Numbered from the stretch's first letter, positions 38,830-49,820 are shown. The stretch is 64,000 nt of DNA from Candidatus Velthaea sp. (GCA_965214935.1 CBDCCS010000016.1:160001-224000), one strand, 5' to 3'. The notes: generated from the letters alone by a model not told the origin. Made by a program: numbers and translations.

Positions 38830-40224
38830 GTGCATGTAAGGCTTGTAACCGTGCTTCTGGCGGCGAGCTTCATGCCGGCGCGTGCCGGGTCGGCGGCTCA
38901 AGACCGACCGCTCGAACTGCGTGAGGCGGTCCAATATGCCTTCGATCATAGCACGACCATTGCGGATCGCCGGGTGACGCTGGAAAACGACGAGGCCCAG
39001 TATGCCCGGGATCATGCCGATGAATATCCGCCCGTGACCGGCTTGCTGCAAAATCAACTGCTCAAACAGTCCAACGCATCGTCCGGTTCGCTCGCGCAAT
39101 ATGGTATCGTGCCGGCGCAATCGGTTGCATTTTCGCAAAACACCGCCCAAATCGGTTCGCAATGGACGATTTACAACGGCTCGTACAACCAACTCTTGAG
39201 CCAGCGCGCGAAGCGTCAAGTCGAAACCGATCGGGCGAATCTGCGGCGCGCGCAACAACAGCTCGTCGGCGATGTGACCAACGCCTACTTCACCGTTGAC
39301 ACTCGGCGCGAAAGCGTCCGTCTGGACGACGTGGATCAACGCTATCAAGATGCGCTGCTCGACGTTGCTCGCAACAACGAACGGGTCGGCCGGGCAGCGG
39401 GCGTCGACGTGTTGCGTGCGCGCGTCAATGCGCTGCGCGCCCAAGCGGCACTTGCCAGCGCGCAATCCGATGAAGCTACCGCACGCGAGACGCTGGCACA
39501 AACGATCGGCGCACCGCCCGACACAGCGTTCGCCTTTAACGCCGAAGTGCCCGAACCGGCAGTCACCACACAGCCCCTTGCCACGCTCGTCGCGACGGCC
39601 GAAACGAGCCGGCCGGATATCGCGGGCGCAACGGCAGCCCTGGCGAACGCGCGTCTATCGAATTCGATTATCGACACGGACCGCTTGCCGACGCTGGCGG
39701 TAAACGCCGCGTTCGGCAATCAATTCGTGCCGACCCAAGCCGCGACGATCAATCCGTTCAACGGCCAGACGTTGCCGCTCGGCACGCGCGGAAATCCCGG
39801 CTTTTGGCAAATCGGCGCAACCGAAACGCTGCAACTCGGCTTGATCGACTACGGTGCGCGGCACGCGCAGCATCGCGCCGCGCGTCAAGCGATCGACTCG
39901 GCTCAGGCGACGCTCGACACCGCGCGCTATGCCGTCGAGTCAGAGGTGCGGCAAGCTCTGCGCGGCGCCCAGACCGCGTCGTCGAACCTCGCCATCAACA
40001 AATCTGCGTCGGCGCTCGGCGCCGAGTCGGCGCGCATCGCCCAACTGCAATATAAGAATGGCTTGATAAGCTTGACCGACGCAACGCAAGCCGAACGCGA
40101 TAATCTTTCCGCCCAGAACGACCTTGTCAACGCACGCGTAACGTACATCGAGGCGATCGTGCGCCTGCGCGTGTCGATCGGAACGGGCGACCCGGTCGCG
40201 ATCGTCGATTTCCGAAACCCATGA
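38830..40224 (+). CDS. TolC family outer membrane efflux protein
   Basis: Signal peptide, VTNAYF, RPDI, QLQYKNGLISLTD; two-fold repeat; ATGA-coupled to an adaptor gene. Confidence 0.88.
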   Translation: MHVRLVTVLLAASFMPARAGSAAQDRPLELREAVQYAFDHSTTIADRRVTLENDEAQYARDHADEYPPVTGLLQNQLLKQSNASSGSLAQYGIVPAQSVAFSQNTAQIGSQWTIYNGSYNQLLSQRAKRQVETDRANLRRAQQQLVGDVTNAYFTVDTRRESVRLDDVDQRYQDALLDVARNNERVGRAAGVDVLRARVNALRAQAALASAQSDEATARETLAQTIGAPPDTAFAFNAEVPEPAVTTQPLATLVATAETSRPDIAGATAALANARLSNSIIDTDRLPTLAVNAAFGNQFVPTQAATINPFNGQTLPLGTRGNPGFWQIGATETLQLGLIDYGARHAQHRAARQAIDSAQATLDTARYAVESEVRQALRGAQTASSNLAINKSASALGAESARIAQLQYKNGLISLTDATQAERDNLSAQNDLVNARVTYIEAIVRLRVSIGTGDPVAIVDFRNP

Positions 40225-41780
40225 AACGCCGGAACGTCGTCCTGCTCGTCGCCGGAATTATTGCGGTCGTCGCGATCGGCGCGTTTGCGGCCGGCCGGCC
40301 TAGAAACGCAGCGGTCGCAGCCAAACTCGTCACGGTCGGCTACGGACACTTTGTGACGCGCCTGCCCGAAACGGGCGTCGTGCAACGCCCGCAAACAGAG
40401 ACACTTTCATCCGTCGTTCCCGGTGACATCGCCCGAGTGCTGGTAAGCCCCGGCGATCGCGTTCGGAGCGGCGAGGTGCTCGTCGAGTTGGCAAATCCGC
40501 AGTTGCTCAGCAGTGCCGCCGGAGCGCAAGCCGCCTACGAAGCGGCAACCGGACGCACATCGTCGGCCGTTGAAACCAATGCCGTTCTGCCGGCGCAGAA
40601 TCAATCGAACGTCGTGCAAGCTGAATTCAATCTCGAACAAGCGCGCTCCAATCTTAATGCCGCGCTTGCCGACCAAAAGAACGGTGCGCAATCGGGTCTC
40701 GGTTACGGCAGTTCGACCGCCGCCTCGCAGCGAGTTGCGGCCGACGCCAATGTTGCGAACGCGCAAACGACGTTGCGCGAAGCGCAACGCATCTACGATG
40801 CCGACACGGATCTGTTTGCCAACAAAGCCATCTCTGCCGATGCCTTGAGCCAACAATCGGCGCGGCTCGCTCAAGCAAAAATCGCAGCCGATCAAGCCCG
40901 CCGTCAACGCTCGGACACGTATTCGCAATTGCAACAGAACGTGTCTGTGCTGACGGATCGCGTTCGCGCGACCCGCGATGCCGTACGGCAGGCGGACGCG
41001 GCACTTGCCGCGGCAAAACTCCAGGCGCGTGAAAATAAGTCCGGCGACGTAGTCGCGGCGCGCGGCGATGCTGCCGCCCGGCTCAACGACGTGCAATACG
41101 CGCGCGATCAAGTCGCGCGGCTTACGATCCGCGCGCCGTTTGCTGGCATCGTCCAAACGATCGCGACGCAGAGTTCCGACTCGCTTCGGCCGCTTGGGCC
41201 CGGTGACGAAGTAACGGCGGGTCAACCGGTCCTGACGCTCGCCGCCGATGCCGGTTTTATCGTACGCGCACGCGTCGACGAGCAAGACATCGCGCAGGTT
41301 CGGCTCGGCAACGCGGCCCGAATCAGCGGCGAAGATTTCGGGGACCGGACGCTGACCGGACGGGTTGTCGCGATCGGCCAAGTCGCGCAAAAAAGCGACG
41401 ATCCGGCAAACACATCGCGTCAGATCATTACGACGATCAAACTCAATGCGTCGTTGCCGTATTTGCGCGACGGCATGAATGTCGATGTCGATATTATCAC
41501 GGCAGACCGGCCGCACGTGCTCGTCATTGCAAGTGACGCCGTCCGCCGGGACGGCGGCAAACCCTATGTTTTCATCGTCCGTCCGGCCGACGGACGCGCG
41601 TCGAAAACGCCCGTGACGCTCGGAGCGGCCAATGACACGCAAACGATCGTCGCCGGCGGAATTAGGCCCGGGCAAACGGTTGTCGCCGATTCGAACGCGG
41701 CGATCGTCGAGGGCACGACGGTGAAGCCGGCGCCGGATACGGCCGCCGCAACTGCCGGTTCGAGCGGCAACGGCGCGTGA
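40221..41780 (+). CDS. Efflux periplasmic adaptor (HlyD/MacA-like)
   Basis: N-terminal TM, VSPGDRVRSGEVL, long coiled coil, IRAPFAGIV, VDEQDIAQVRLG. Confidence 0.92.
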   Translation: MKRRNVVLLVAGIIAVVAIGAFAAGRPRNAAVAAKLVTVGYGHFVTRLPETGVVQRPQTETLSSVVPGDIARVLVSPGDRVRSGEVLVELANPQLLSSAAGAQAAYEAATGRTSSAVETNAVLPAQNQSNVVQAEFNLEQARSNLNAALADQKNGAQSGLGYGSSTAASQRVAADANVANAQTTLREAQRIYDADTDLFANKAISADALSQQSARLAQAKIAADQARRQRSDTYSQLQQNVSVLTDRVRATRDAVRQADAALAAAKLQARENKSGDVVAARGDAAARLNDVQYARDQVARLTIRAPFAGIVQTIATQSSDSLRPLGPGDEVTAGQPVLTLAADAGFIVRARVDEQDIAQVRLGNAARISGEDFGDRTLTGRVVAIGQVAQKSDDPANTSRQIITTIKLNASLPYLRDGMNVDVDIITADRPHVLVIASDAVRRDGGKPYVFIVRPADGRASKTPVTLGAANDTQTIVAGGIRPGQTVVADSNAAIVEGTTVKPAPDTAAATAGSSGNGA

Positions 41781-42969
41781 CGCGGCTCGGCGCCTATGTC
41801 ACCGAAGCCCTCGAGGCGATCTGGCGTAACCGGACACGCTCGCTGCTAACGATGCTCGGCATGATCATCGGCACAGCCTCGATCATCGCAGTGCTGGGCG
41901 TGAGCAAAGCCGCATCGGGCGGGATCACGTCGACCTTGGCAGCCTTCGGAAATCCGGGCATCTCGCTCAGCGTCGATCCGGATGGACCGAATCCGCTCGC
42001 CGCCGCAATCGACTTTCGCGACGCTCGCATCATCGACGAGGCGCTGCACTCGAAGATACGACACATCGAACCGGTCTATCAGCGCCAATTCACGCTGCGC
42101 GCCGGGGCCGTCAGTTACTCGACCTTCGGACTTTCCGACAGCGAATATCACCCCGATTCGATCAAGCTTCTTGCGGGACGACGCATCGACGCCGGCGATC
42201 TACGCTCGGGTGCGCACGTTTGCAACGTGACGCGCGCGTTGGCCGTTCGCATGTTCGGCAGTACCGACGTCTTGGGCAGCATCCTGCATATCGGCGGCTC
42301 GCGGTGTACCGTCGTCGGGATCTACGACGAAATCAAAGGCGGCATTTTGCTTCGGCCGGCGCGAACGATTTCTTCACGATGCCCTTTACGATGTTTACCG
42401 ATCTGACGCCCGGTCCCACCGATGGATTGCTCATTTATGCAGCCGACGGCGTTCGTGTCGCCGAGATAAGCGACGGCGTCGGTGCCGTTTTACGCCGGCT
42501 GCACGGTCCTGCAGCGACGTACGTGACGCAAGATAATAATGCCAGCCTGCAACAGTTCGATACGGTATTACGCGTGGTCGCCGACGGTTTAACGGCGATC
42601 GGCGGCGTCGCGCTTGTCGTAGCGGGCATCGGGATTATGAACATCATGCTCGTTTCGGTCACCGAGCGGACGCGCGAGATCGGCTTGCGCAAGTCGATCG
42701 GAGCGCGCAATGCCGACATCGCTTTACAGTTTCTGCTTGAGGCGGTGCTGCTTTCGCTAATCGGCGGCGGAATCGGCACGCTCGTCGGATTTCTGTTTGT
42801 CGTCGCCGCGTATTCGGCAGTCGCCTCGTTCGTCGGTCCGGCCCCGATTCCGTACGTGCTGATCATCTCGGTCGCAGTCGGCTTCTCGACCTTCGTCGGA
42901 ACGGTGTTCGGAACGTATCCGGCCTTGCGTGCCAGCCGCCTCGATCCGATCGCAGCGCTGCGGTCCTAG
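41777..42969 (+). pseudogene. MacB/FtsX-like ABC permease split by a 1-nt frameshift near 42345-42348 (pseudogene or sequence error)
   Basis: ORF1 has RSLLTMLGMIIG; ORF2 has GIMNIMLVSVTERTREIGLRKSIGA; one extra T in ATTTTG joins them (GGIFASAGANDFF). Confidence 0.85.
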
Positions 42970-42978
42970 CTCGCCGGC

Positions 42979-44172
42979 ATGGGACAGTACCTCATCGAAG
43001 CATGTAGCGTTTTATGGGCCAATCGCACGCGGTCGTTTCTCACCACGTTAGGCTTGATCATCGGCGTGATGGCCGTGATTTCGATTCAAATCCTCGGCGC
43101 CGGCATCGCCGGCGCCGTAACCGGCGCCTTGGGTGCGCTCAACGATAAGTCGTTTACGATTTTCCCCAACGGGCGGCAAGCCGATTTTACCCGCGCTGCC
43201 ATTAGCGTCGGCGACATACACCGGGCGGTGCGCAACGTGCCGAATATCGACACCGGAATTCCGCTCGGAACGACGACGTTGAAAGTACGGCTCGCCGCAA
43301 GCCAAGCAAAGTTGCGCATCGGTGCCGAATCCGAACCGCGATTTTTTACCAGTCCGATACGCTTCGGAAGCGAATTTACGCGCGCTCAGATCGATGCCGG
43401 CGCACATCTTTGCATCTTGCTCGATACGGCTTACACGAAGCTCAAACTTGATTCAAACCCGGTCGGTCGCGCGATCCGCGCCGGCGACCGGCGCTACACG
43501 ATCGTCGGCGTTCAGGCCAAGACCGTGAGCGGTATTGCTCCGACGGTCGTCGAGGCGGACATCGTCATCCCGGCGACGACGTACGAGCGCGATTACGTAC
43601 GCGGACGGCCGATACTGGGTGCACGTTTTCTGGTTACCGACGGTACGCAGCTCGCCGCAACGGAGCAGGCGACGCTCGACTATTTCACACGCCGCAAACA
43701 CGGGCGCGCGCTGTATCAAACGATCGATCGGAAGACGTTTACGACGGCGGTCGACGGCATCTTTGGTGGAATTACGATCGTCGTCGGACTCATCGGTGCC
43801 GTGTCGCTCGTCGTTGCCGGAATCGGCATCTTAAATATCATGCTGGTCTCGGTCGCCGAACGCACGCGTGAAATCGGACTGCGCAAAGCAATCGGCGCAA
43901 CCCGCTTTCAAGTCTTGGCGCAGTTCTTCATCGAGGCGTTGCTCCTGTCGTCGATCGGTTGCGCGATCGGATTGGTGCTTGGCCTGGGGCTCGGCGGAGC
44001 CGTTAATGAATTTGCGCTCGTAAAAATTTCCGGCGTCGTGGCACCGATTCCGTGGTTGCGATCGGTGATCATCGCAACGAGCTTTGCTACCCTTGTGACA
44101 CTGGCGTTCGGAACGTATCCGGCGTACCGCGCGGCCGAGCTCGATCCGATCGAAGCCCTGCGCTATGAATGA
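42979..44172 (+). CDS. MacB/FtsX-like ABC permease
   Basis: [47 protein letters not shown]. Confidence 0.95.
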   Translation: MGQYLIEACSVLWANRTRSFLTTLGLIIGVMAVISIQILGAGIAGAVTGALGALNDKSFTIFPNGRQADFTRAAISVGDIHRAVRNVPNIDTGIPLGTTTLKVRLAASQAKLRIGAESEPRFFTSPIRFGSEFTRAQIDAGAHLCILLDTAYTKLKLDSNPVGRAIRAGDRRYTIVGVQAKTVSGIAPTVVEADIVIPATTYERDYVRGRPILGARFLVTDGTQLAATEQATLDYFTRRKHGRALYQTIDRKTFTTAVDGIFGGITIVVGLIGAVSLVVAGIGILNIMLVSVAERTREIGLRKAIGATRFQVLAQFFIEALLLSSIGCAIGLVLGLGLGGAVNEFALVKISGVVAPIPWLRSVIIATSFATLVTLAFGTYPAYRAAELDPIEALRYE

Positions 44173-44896
44173 CGTAGCGCGTCCGGTCATTGCGTTGCGC
44201 GAAGTAACGAAGACGTACGTTCTGGGCGACATCAGCGTGGCGGCCTTGCGCGGCGTTTCGTTCGACATTCCGGCCGGAGATTACGTCGCGATCATGGGTC
44301 CGTCGGGTTCCGGCAAATCGACGCTGATGAACACGCTGGGTTGCCTCGACCGTCCGACCAGCGGCAACTATGAGCTCGACGGCATCGACGTCGGAACGTT
44401 AAGCGATAATGCGCTCGCTGCGATCCGCCTGCGCAAATTGGGGTTCGTCTTCCAAGGCTTCAATCTGCTCGCGCGAACGTCGGCGCTCAAAAACGTCGCG
44501 TTACCGCTGTTTTATGCCGGCGCCTCGTTGCGGCGGCGCAACGCCGCTGCGGCCCTGCGGCTGAGCGAAGTTGGTTTAGCCGACCGGCTCGATCATAAAC
44601 CGAACGAGCTGTCGGGCGGCCAGCAGCAGCGCGTCGCCATCGCGCGGGCGCTCGTCAACGATCCGGCGGTTTTGCTTGCCGACGAGCCGACCGGCAACCT
44701 CGACAGTCAAACGAGCGAAGAAATCATGGGTGTCTTCGCGCAGCTCAACGCTGCGGGCCGCACGATCATCATGGTCACGCACGATGAAGAAGTCGCCGCT
44801 CATGCCGGACGCATCATTCGCGTTCGCGACGGGCTTGTCGTAAGCGACGAGCGCTCCATGGCCGTCCAATCCGGTTCGGCCGGGGCCGGCATCTGA
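44165..44896 (+). CDS. ABC transporter ATP-binding protein (LolD/MacB-type)
   Basis: [32 protein letters not shown]. Confidence 0.96.
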   Translation: MNDVARPVIALREVTKTYVLGDISVAALRGVSFDIPAGDYVAIMGPSGSGKSTLMNTLGCLDRPTSGNYELDGIDVGTLSDNALAAIRLRKLGFVFQGFNLLARTSALKNVALPLFYAGASLRRRNAAAALRLSEVGLADRLDHKPNELSGGQQQRVAIARALVNDPAVLLADEPTGNLDSQTSEEIMGVFAQLNAAGRTIIMVTHDEEVAAHAGRIIRVRDGLVVSDERSMAVQSGSAGAGI

Positions 44897-45054
44897 GCCG
44901 GGTAGAACTAAGCGAGATCGTCGATTGCCGGTTGGGCTTGGAACGTCGAACGATTAAGACCAGAAGAAATCTTCGGGCGAAGCGTCACCCTGCGCCGCGC
45001 CGCACTGTATAGGGTAACCGAACGTTCTAACTCTCAATCTATGGAGAACCACCT

Positions 45055-46296
45055 ATGAAGTCTCGATTTTTCGGGACGGCCGTCGTCGGCCTCGTCGGAG
45101 CGATCGTCGGCAGCTTTTCGATGATGCTCTTCGCCAGCACGCACTTTGCGAACGTCGCCGGACCGAATAACACGCCTCCGGCCGTAAGCGCCGCTCCTTT
45201 GCCGGCCGTCGGCGGCACGAGCGATCAGGATCGTATCGTCAATGCGGTCAAACACGTCCAGCCGGCCGTCGTTGCCATCGACGTGACGATCAACGGCACA
45301 CGCGTGTTGCCGGCCGATCCGTTGAGCCAGTTCTTCGGCGGTCCGAGCACCGGTCGCGTGCAGCGCTACCACGCGCAAGCATCCGGATCGGGCTTCGTGT
45401 ACAGCCGGAACGGCTTGATCGTGACCAACGCGCACGTCGTGCCGCCGGGCACCTCCGACGTCGAGGTTGTGTTTGCCAACGGCGAACGCCAAAAAGCTAA
45501 GGTGTTTTCACGGAATCCGGCCGCCGATTTAGCGCTCGTGAAAGTCACCAATTATCCGAAGCTTCCGGCTCCGATCGAACTCGGCGACAGCGATAAGCTT
45601 GCCGCCGGTCAGTGGGCGATCGCAATCGGCGAACCGTTCGAGCTCAAGCAGTCGGTCTCGGTCGGCGTCGTCTCGGGCTTCAATCGCGACGAAACGATCG
45701 GCGGCGAAGGCGAACAAGCTCGCATGTTCAAGGGCTTGCTGCAAACGTCCGCACCGATCAATCCCGGCAACTCGGGCGGGCCGCTCATCGACGTTACCGG
45801 ACGTCTGATCGGTGTCAATCAGTCGACGGCGAATCCGCAAGCCGGCGCGCAGGGAATCGGCTTCGCAATTCCGGTCAACATCATGAAACAGCAGGTCGCG
45901 ATGCTCGAGACGCATCCGGGTCAAACACTCGAAGCATCGGCTACCGGAACGGGCATCCCGTACATCGGGGTCGCGTTGCAGAACCTCGATGACAACGTGC
46001 GCGCGCAGATTAATTATCAAGGTAAGTCAGGCGTCGTCGTCAGCGGAGTGTATCAAGGCACGCCTGCCGATCAAGCCGGATTGCAAGCCGGAGACGTCGT
46101 TACCTCGATCAACGGTAAGACCGTCAATTCACCCGATGAACTGACGAAAGAGATTCGCGCGCTCAAGCCCGGCCAAACGGTCGGCATGCAAGTCTTTAGC
46201 GCCGGCGTTAAGAAGCTGGTCAGCATTAAGATCGGTGAGGCACCGCCGGGCTTCGGGCAACAGCAGCAACAACAGCAAGACCCGAACTCGCCGTAA
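45055..46296 (+). CDS. htrA: HtrA/DegP-like serine protease with one PDZ domain
   Basis: GGAG SD, N-terminal TM, GSGF, TNAHVV, DLAL, INPGNSGGPL, PDZ. Confidence 0.93.
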   Translation: MKSRFFGTAVVGLVGAIVGSFSMMLFASTHFANVAGPNNTPPAVSAAPLPAVGGTSDQDRIVNAVKHVQPAVVAIDVTINGTRVLPADPLSQFFGGPSTGRVQRYHAQASGSGFVYSRNGLIVTNAHVVPPGTSDVEVVFANGERQKAKVFSRNPAADLALVKVTNYPKLPAPIELGDSDKLAAGQWAIAIGEPFELKQSVSVGVVSGFNRDETIGGEGEQARMFKGLLQTSAPINPGNSGGPLIDVTGRLIGVNQSTANPQAGAQGIGFAIPVNIMKQQVAMLETHPGQTLEASATGTGIPYIGVALQNLDDNVRAQINYQGKSGVVVSGVYQGTPADQAGLQAGDVVTSINGKTVNSPDELTKEIRALKPGQTVGMQVFSAGVKKLVSIKIGEAPPGFGQQQQQQQDPNSP

Positions 46297-46368
46297 CGCG
46301 CGCTCGGCTTCCAGCGGGAGCCGGTCGAACGGAACGCTTCTCGCACGCAGAGCAAAACCGATAAAGGT

Positions 46369-46404
46369 GAATTGGGGCGCCGGCAACGGCGCCTCATTCG
46401 TTTT
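46369..46404 (+). terminator. Intrinsic terminator between the convergent htrA and aminopeptidase genes
   Basis: TGGGGCGCCG-GCAA-CGGCGCCTCA hairpin followed by TTCGTTTT. Confidence 0.7.
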
Positions 46405-46420
46405 CGCAACTTCGTGCCGG

Positions 46421-49069
46421 CTATTCCGTATGGCGCCGATGCAGCGTGGCCAGATAGGAGTCGGTCGCCGGAACGATCGTGCTCCGCTCTTTGATGTCGA
46501 ATCGCGCGCGTTCGGTCCCTCGCGCGAGAAACGCATTCAATCCGGCCGGCACTTTTGATTGAATGAACGAGGTTATGTCGCTCAGCGGCGCTCCACGCCA
46601 GTACAGCGTCGGAAAGTCTTGCGCCATGTCTCCGCCGGCGAGCGGACCGAAAGGCCGCGCTAATTCGTCGTAGTGTTGCTTGACGAATTGCCAAGACAAC
46701 AGCGGATGATGATTGGCGACCATTTCGACGAGGTCCAAGCGGATCATCGCCGATTGCGGCGGGATCTCGGGCGACATCGTTATGCGCATGGCTTCGTCGG
46801 CCAGCTTCGGATCGCGCACGGCGGTCAGCGCGCCGTAGTAGCGGCGCAGTTCGGTCTCGTCTTTCGCCGACTTGGCGATCGAGTGCAGACGCTCGAATGT
46901 CGCGGCATCGGCATTCGCAGCAACAATGTCCAGATAGACGCTTTGATCGTCCGGCGCGATCGAATTGCGGTCGGTCAAAAAAGTCGCAAACCGGCGCTGC
47001 GCCTCTGCAATCACGTCCGCATCACCCCACCGGCCGAGATCGCCGATTGCCGTACGGCGCAAACCTTGGAGATCGGGCGTTTCACTTGCTGCCGGCGTAT
47101 ATCCGAGTTGCGTTGCAAGCGGCTTGACGATCGATCGCGCGTAGGCAAGATACCGGTCGTAGCCGGGCGTGCCCCGTTCATCACGCTCGATGATTTCCAG
47201 TGCGCCGACGACTTGATCCCACGCCCGCGCATCCAAATCGCCGCCCATCGACGCAGCCAACGCTAGGTATGACGGCAACTTCGCCTGGCCGGCCCGAACG
47301 AGTGCCCAGCGGTCGTCGAGCAGCCCGATCCGGTCGCCGTTCGGCAGCAATCGGAAGTTCTTGCTGTTGACGGCGAAAATCGATTCGTCGTACGCGACGC
47401 GAAAGAAGCCGACCGTCCCCGCATTGAGCGTTAGCGGTTCGGCGCACTTTCCGGCTACTGCGGTCTGACCGTCATTGACGAGTAACAAGCTGCGCGGCGC
47501 GCCCGTAACACCCGAACGGATCGAGAGCGGGATCGTCCAACGCGGTCTCGGATCGTTGCCGTCGAGCAAGAAGCGCTGTTGCGCCAACGCGATCGTCCGG
47601 TCGCCGTTAGCGCCGCAGGTCGCGGAAACGGAAACGACCGGGAAGCCGGCTTGTTCGGTCCATGCACGCGACAACGACGCGACGTCCTGATGGCTCGCGG
47701 CAGACAAAGCGTTCCAAAGATCGGTCCCGGTCGCATTTGAGAAAGCGCGCGCTTTCATGTAACGGCGTACGCCGTCGCGAAACGTATCGGGGCCGAGATA
47801 CGCCTCGAGCATGCGTAGAAACGCTTCGCCTTTGGCATAGGTAATCTCACTATCGAAGGCAGTCTCGGCTTCGAGTTCGTTTGCGACGTGGACTTGAATC
47901 GGATGCGAAGTGACGCGCGCATCGGCCGCCATCGCGACCTCTTTGCTCTCGTCCTCGTTCTCCCACCAGTTCCAGGCCGGATTGCGCAGATCGGTCTCTT
48001 TGGCGGCGCGCCACGACGCGAAGCTCTCATTGAGCCAGAGATCGTCCCACCAGCCCATCGTCACGAGATCGCCGTTCCATTGATGGGCCATCTCATGCGC
48101 TTGAATGCTGTAGACGGTCTGCTTGTTGCCGATCGTGCTCGAAGGCGTCAGCAGCAGCGCTTCGTCCGTGTACGTAATCGCGCCCCAATTTTCCATCGCG
48201 CCGCCGAAGCCGCCCGGAATTGCGATCGAATCGAGTTTGGGCAACGGATAATGATAACCAAAATAATCGTTATAGTCGGCCAAAATCTGCTGTGCGTTCG
48301 CCAGCGCAACGCGACCGCCGTTCTCTTGGCCTTTTACGGCAACGACGCCGAATTGCGTACCGTTCGCCGCGGCGTAGATCGCACCGAGATTGCCGGCCGA
48401 AAACTCAACGAGGTAGGTCGGCATCTTCGGTGTCCGTAAAAACGTCGTCGTCGCGAGCGATCCGTTCTCGGTCCGGCTCGCAACCGGCATGTTTGCGACC
48501 GTCATCCAGGCCGCCGGGACCGTGACGCTGAGGGTAAAGGTGGCGCGAAACGCCGGCTCGTCCCAGCACGGAAACATGCGGCGGGCATCGGTCGCCTCGA
48601 ACTGCGTCGAAAGCATGACGGCATCGCCGCCGTCCGCCGTGCGATAAGGCTGAGCGAAAAGGCCCTGGGGCGAGCTTTCGATCTTACCGGTGTAGGCGAA
48701 ACTTAAAATATGCTTACCGGGCCGCGCCGGTTGGGCCGGTGTTACGGTGGTGAGCTGACGATCGTTTTCGGTGATCACCGTCGCCACGGCGGCCCCGTCG
48801 AGCCGAACGTCGGCGAGCGACTCGTTAAGGGTGTTGAATTCGATCGTCGACGTCGCCGAGCGCACGTCGAGTACGATCGACTCGGTACCTGTGAGCGTAT
48901 GCGCTGCCGCATCCGGAACGACGGCAATCGTATAGTCGATCGGCACGACGTTCTTGGGCAACCGGCCGAATGCCGTATCGAAATTAAACGTCTGGGCCGC
49001 AGACGGTACACCGGCAAAAACAAGCGCGATCGGCAACGCAACCAAAACACCATGGCGGGCGAATCTCAT
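46421..49069 (-). CDS. Exported M1 family aminopeptidase (PepN/ERAP1-like)
   Basis: Signal peptide, TQFEATDARRMFPCWDEP, GAMENWG, HEMAHQW...WLNE. Confidence 0.95.
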   Translation of the reverse strand: MRFARHGVLVALPIALVFAGVPSAAQTFNFDTAFGRLPKNVVPIDYTIAVVPDAAAHTLTGTESIVLDVRSATSTIEFNTLNESLADVRLDGAAVATVITENDRQLTTVTPAQPARPGKHILSFAYTGKIESSPQGLFAQPYRTADGGDAVMLSTQFEATDARRMFPCWDEPAFRATFTLSVTVPAAWMTVANMPVASRTENGSLATTTFLRTPKMPTYLVEFSAGNLGAIYAAANGTQFGVVAVKGQENGGRVALANAQQILADYNDYFGYHYPLPKLDSIAIPGGFGGAMENWGAITYTDEALLLTPSSTIGNKQTVYSIQAHEMAHQWNGDLVTMGWWDDLWLNESFASWRAAKETDLRNPAWNWWENEDESKEVAMAADARVTSHPIQVHVANELEAETAFDSEITYAKGEAFLRMLEAYLGPDTFRDGVRRYMKARAFSNATGTDLWNALSAASHQDVASLSRAWTEQAGFPVVSVSATCGANGDRTIALAQQRFLLDGNDPRPRWTIPLSIRSGVTGAPRSLLLVNDGQTAVAGKCAEPLTLNAGTVGFFRVAYDESIFAVNSKNFRLLPNGDRIGLLDDRWALVRAGQAKLPSYLALAASMGGDLDARAWDQVVGALEIIERDERGTPGYDRYLAYARSIVKPLATQLGYTPAASETPDLQGLRRTAIGDLGRWGDADVIAEAQRRFATFLTDRNSIAPDDQSVYLDIVAANADAATFERLHSIAKSAKDETELRRYYGALTAVRDPKLADEAMRITMSPEIPPQSAMIRLDLVEMVANHHPLLSWQFVKQHYDELARPFGPLAGGDMAQDFPTLYWRGAPLSDITSFIQSKVPAGLNAFLARGTERARFDIKERSTIVPATDSYLATLHRRHTE

Positions 49070-49142
49070 CGTTCGACTATACCTACGCCCGGTGTCCCGC
49101 GCCTGTGCGCAAACGGCTAAATCGCACCGCCGGTCGTGCGAT

Positions 49143-49820
49143 CTACGGGCGTGCCCGCGTGATGTCGAAGTAGAGCGTCCGTTGCTTGTCCAGACATGTC
49201 GAGCTGACGACGGCATAGGTTCGCCCGTCGCGCCGGTCGATCGTCGACTTGCGCCCGCTCGTCGCACACGCATGAACCGTCAAATACCGTTCGCGGAAAT
49301 GGTCGCTATCCAGAACGCTCGGTGAAAGATCGAGAATCGCCGAAGTATACGAATCGGCCGCCGGCTCGCGCAGCGGCGGTAACGTCGCATTACCCGCCGC
49401 AATCGTGCCGGAACCGACGAGCTTGATACTCTCGAGCGTGTCGCCGTCGAACCGGTAGATGAGCGATGCGTCTTCGTTGCCGGTCTCGGGAAACATCAAC
49501 GTGTTCATGGTTTCGAAGGCCGGCTTGCCTCGCTTTGCGAGTACCGTCAGCCGGTTCATACCGACAAAGATTCCGTGGCTGTCCAAGGCACCCGGTGCCG
49601 CTTCGGTGCGTTCCCGTTCGATTTCCACGGCCGAGACAACGCCGTCGCGTTCGGTCACCCGCAACACGGCCGACGGATCGTCGTTACGCAGGTAATCGGC
49701 GGTCCGGGAAACTTTCGAGGTTTCGACGAGCAGCGGGTCGCCGAGCGTCGCGCGAAGTTCGCTCGCCGGTGTTCCAAGCGTAATTCCGAGCAGTACGAAG
49801 CTAAGGGCGAACAGCGGCAT
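49143..49820 (-). CDS. Hypothetical protein with an internal repeat (225 aa)
   Basis: Short hydrophobic N-terminus; GITLG..LGDP and GIFVG..RGKP repeats; C-terminal RTLYFDIT. Confidence 0.7.
   Translation of the reverse strand: MPLFALSFVLLGITLGTPASELRATLGDPLLVETSKVSRTADYLRNDDPSAVLRVTERDGVVSAVEIERERTEAAPGALDSHGIFVGMNRLTVLAKRGKPAFETMNTLMFPETGNEDASLIYRFDGDTLESIKLVGSGTIAAGNATLPPLREPAADSYTSAILDLSPSVLDSDHFRERYLTVHACATSGRKSTIDRRDGRTYAVVSSTCLDKQRTLYFDITRARP

Noticed and set aside
40407..41675. 422-aa antisense ORF, and similar ones such as 37600-38754, 34887-35891, 17205-18068 and 62250-63110
   Set aside because: Shadow ORFs opposite well-supported genes, expected in high-GC DNA; no recognisable motifs.
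46258..46278. CAA/CAG run (poly-Gln) at the htrA 3' end as a contingency repeat
   Set aside because: Short, mixed codons, in frame, in a disordered tail.
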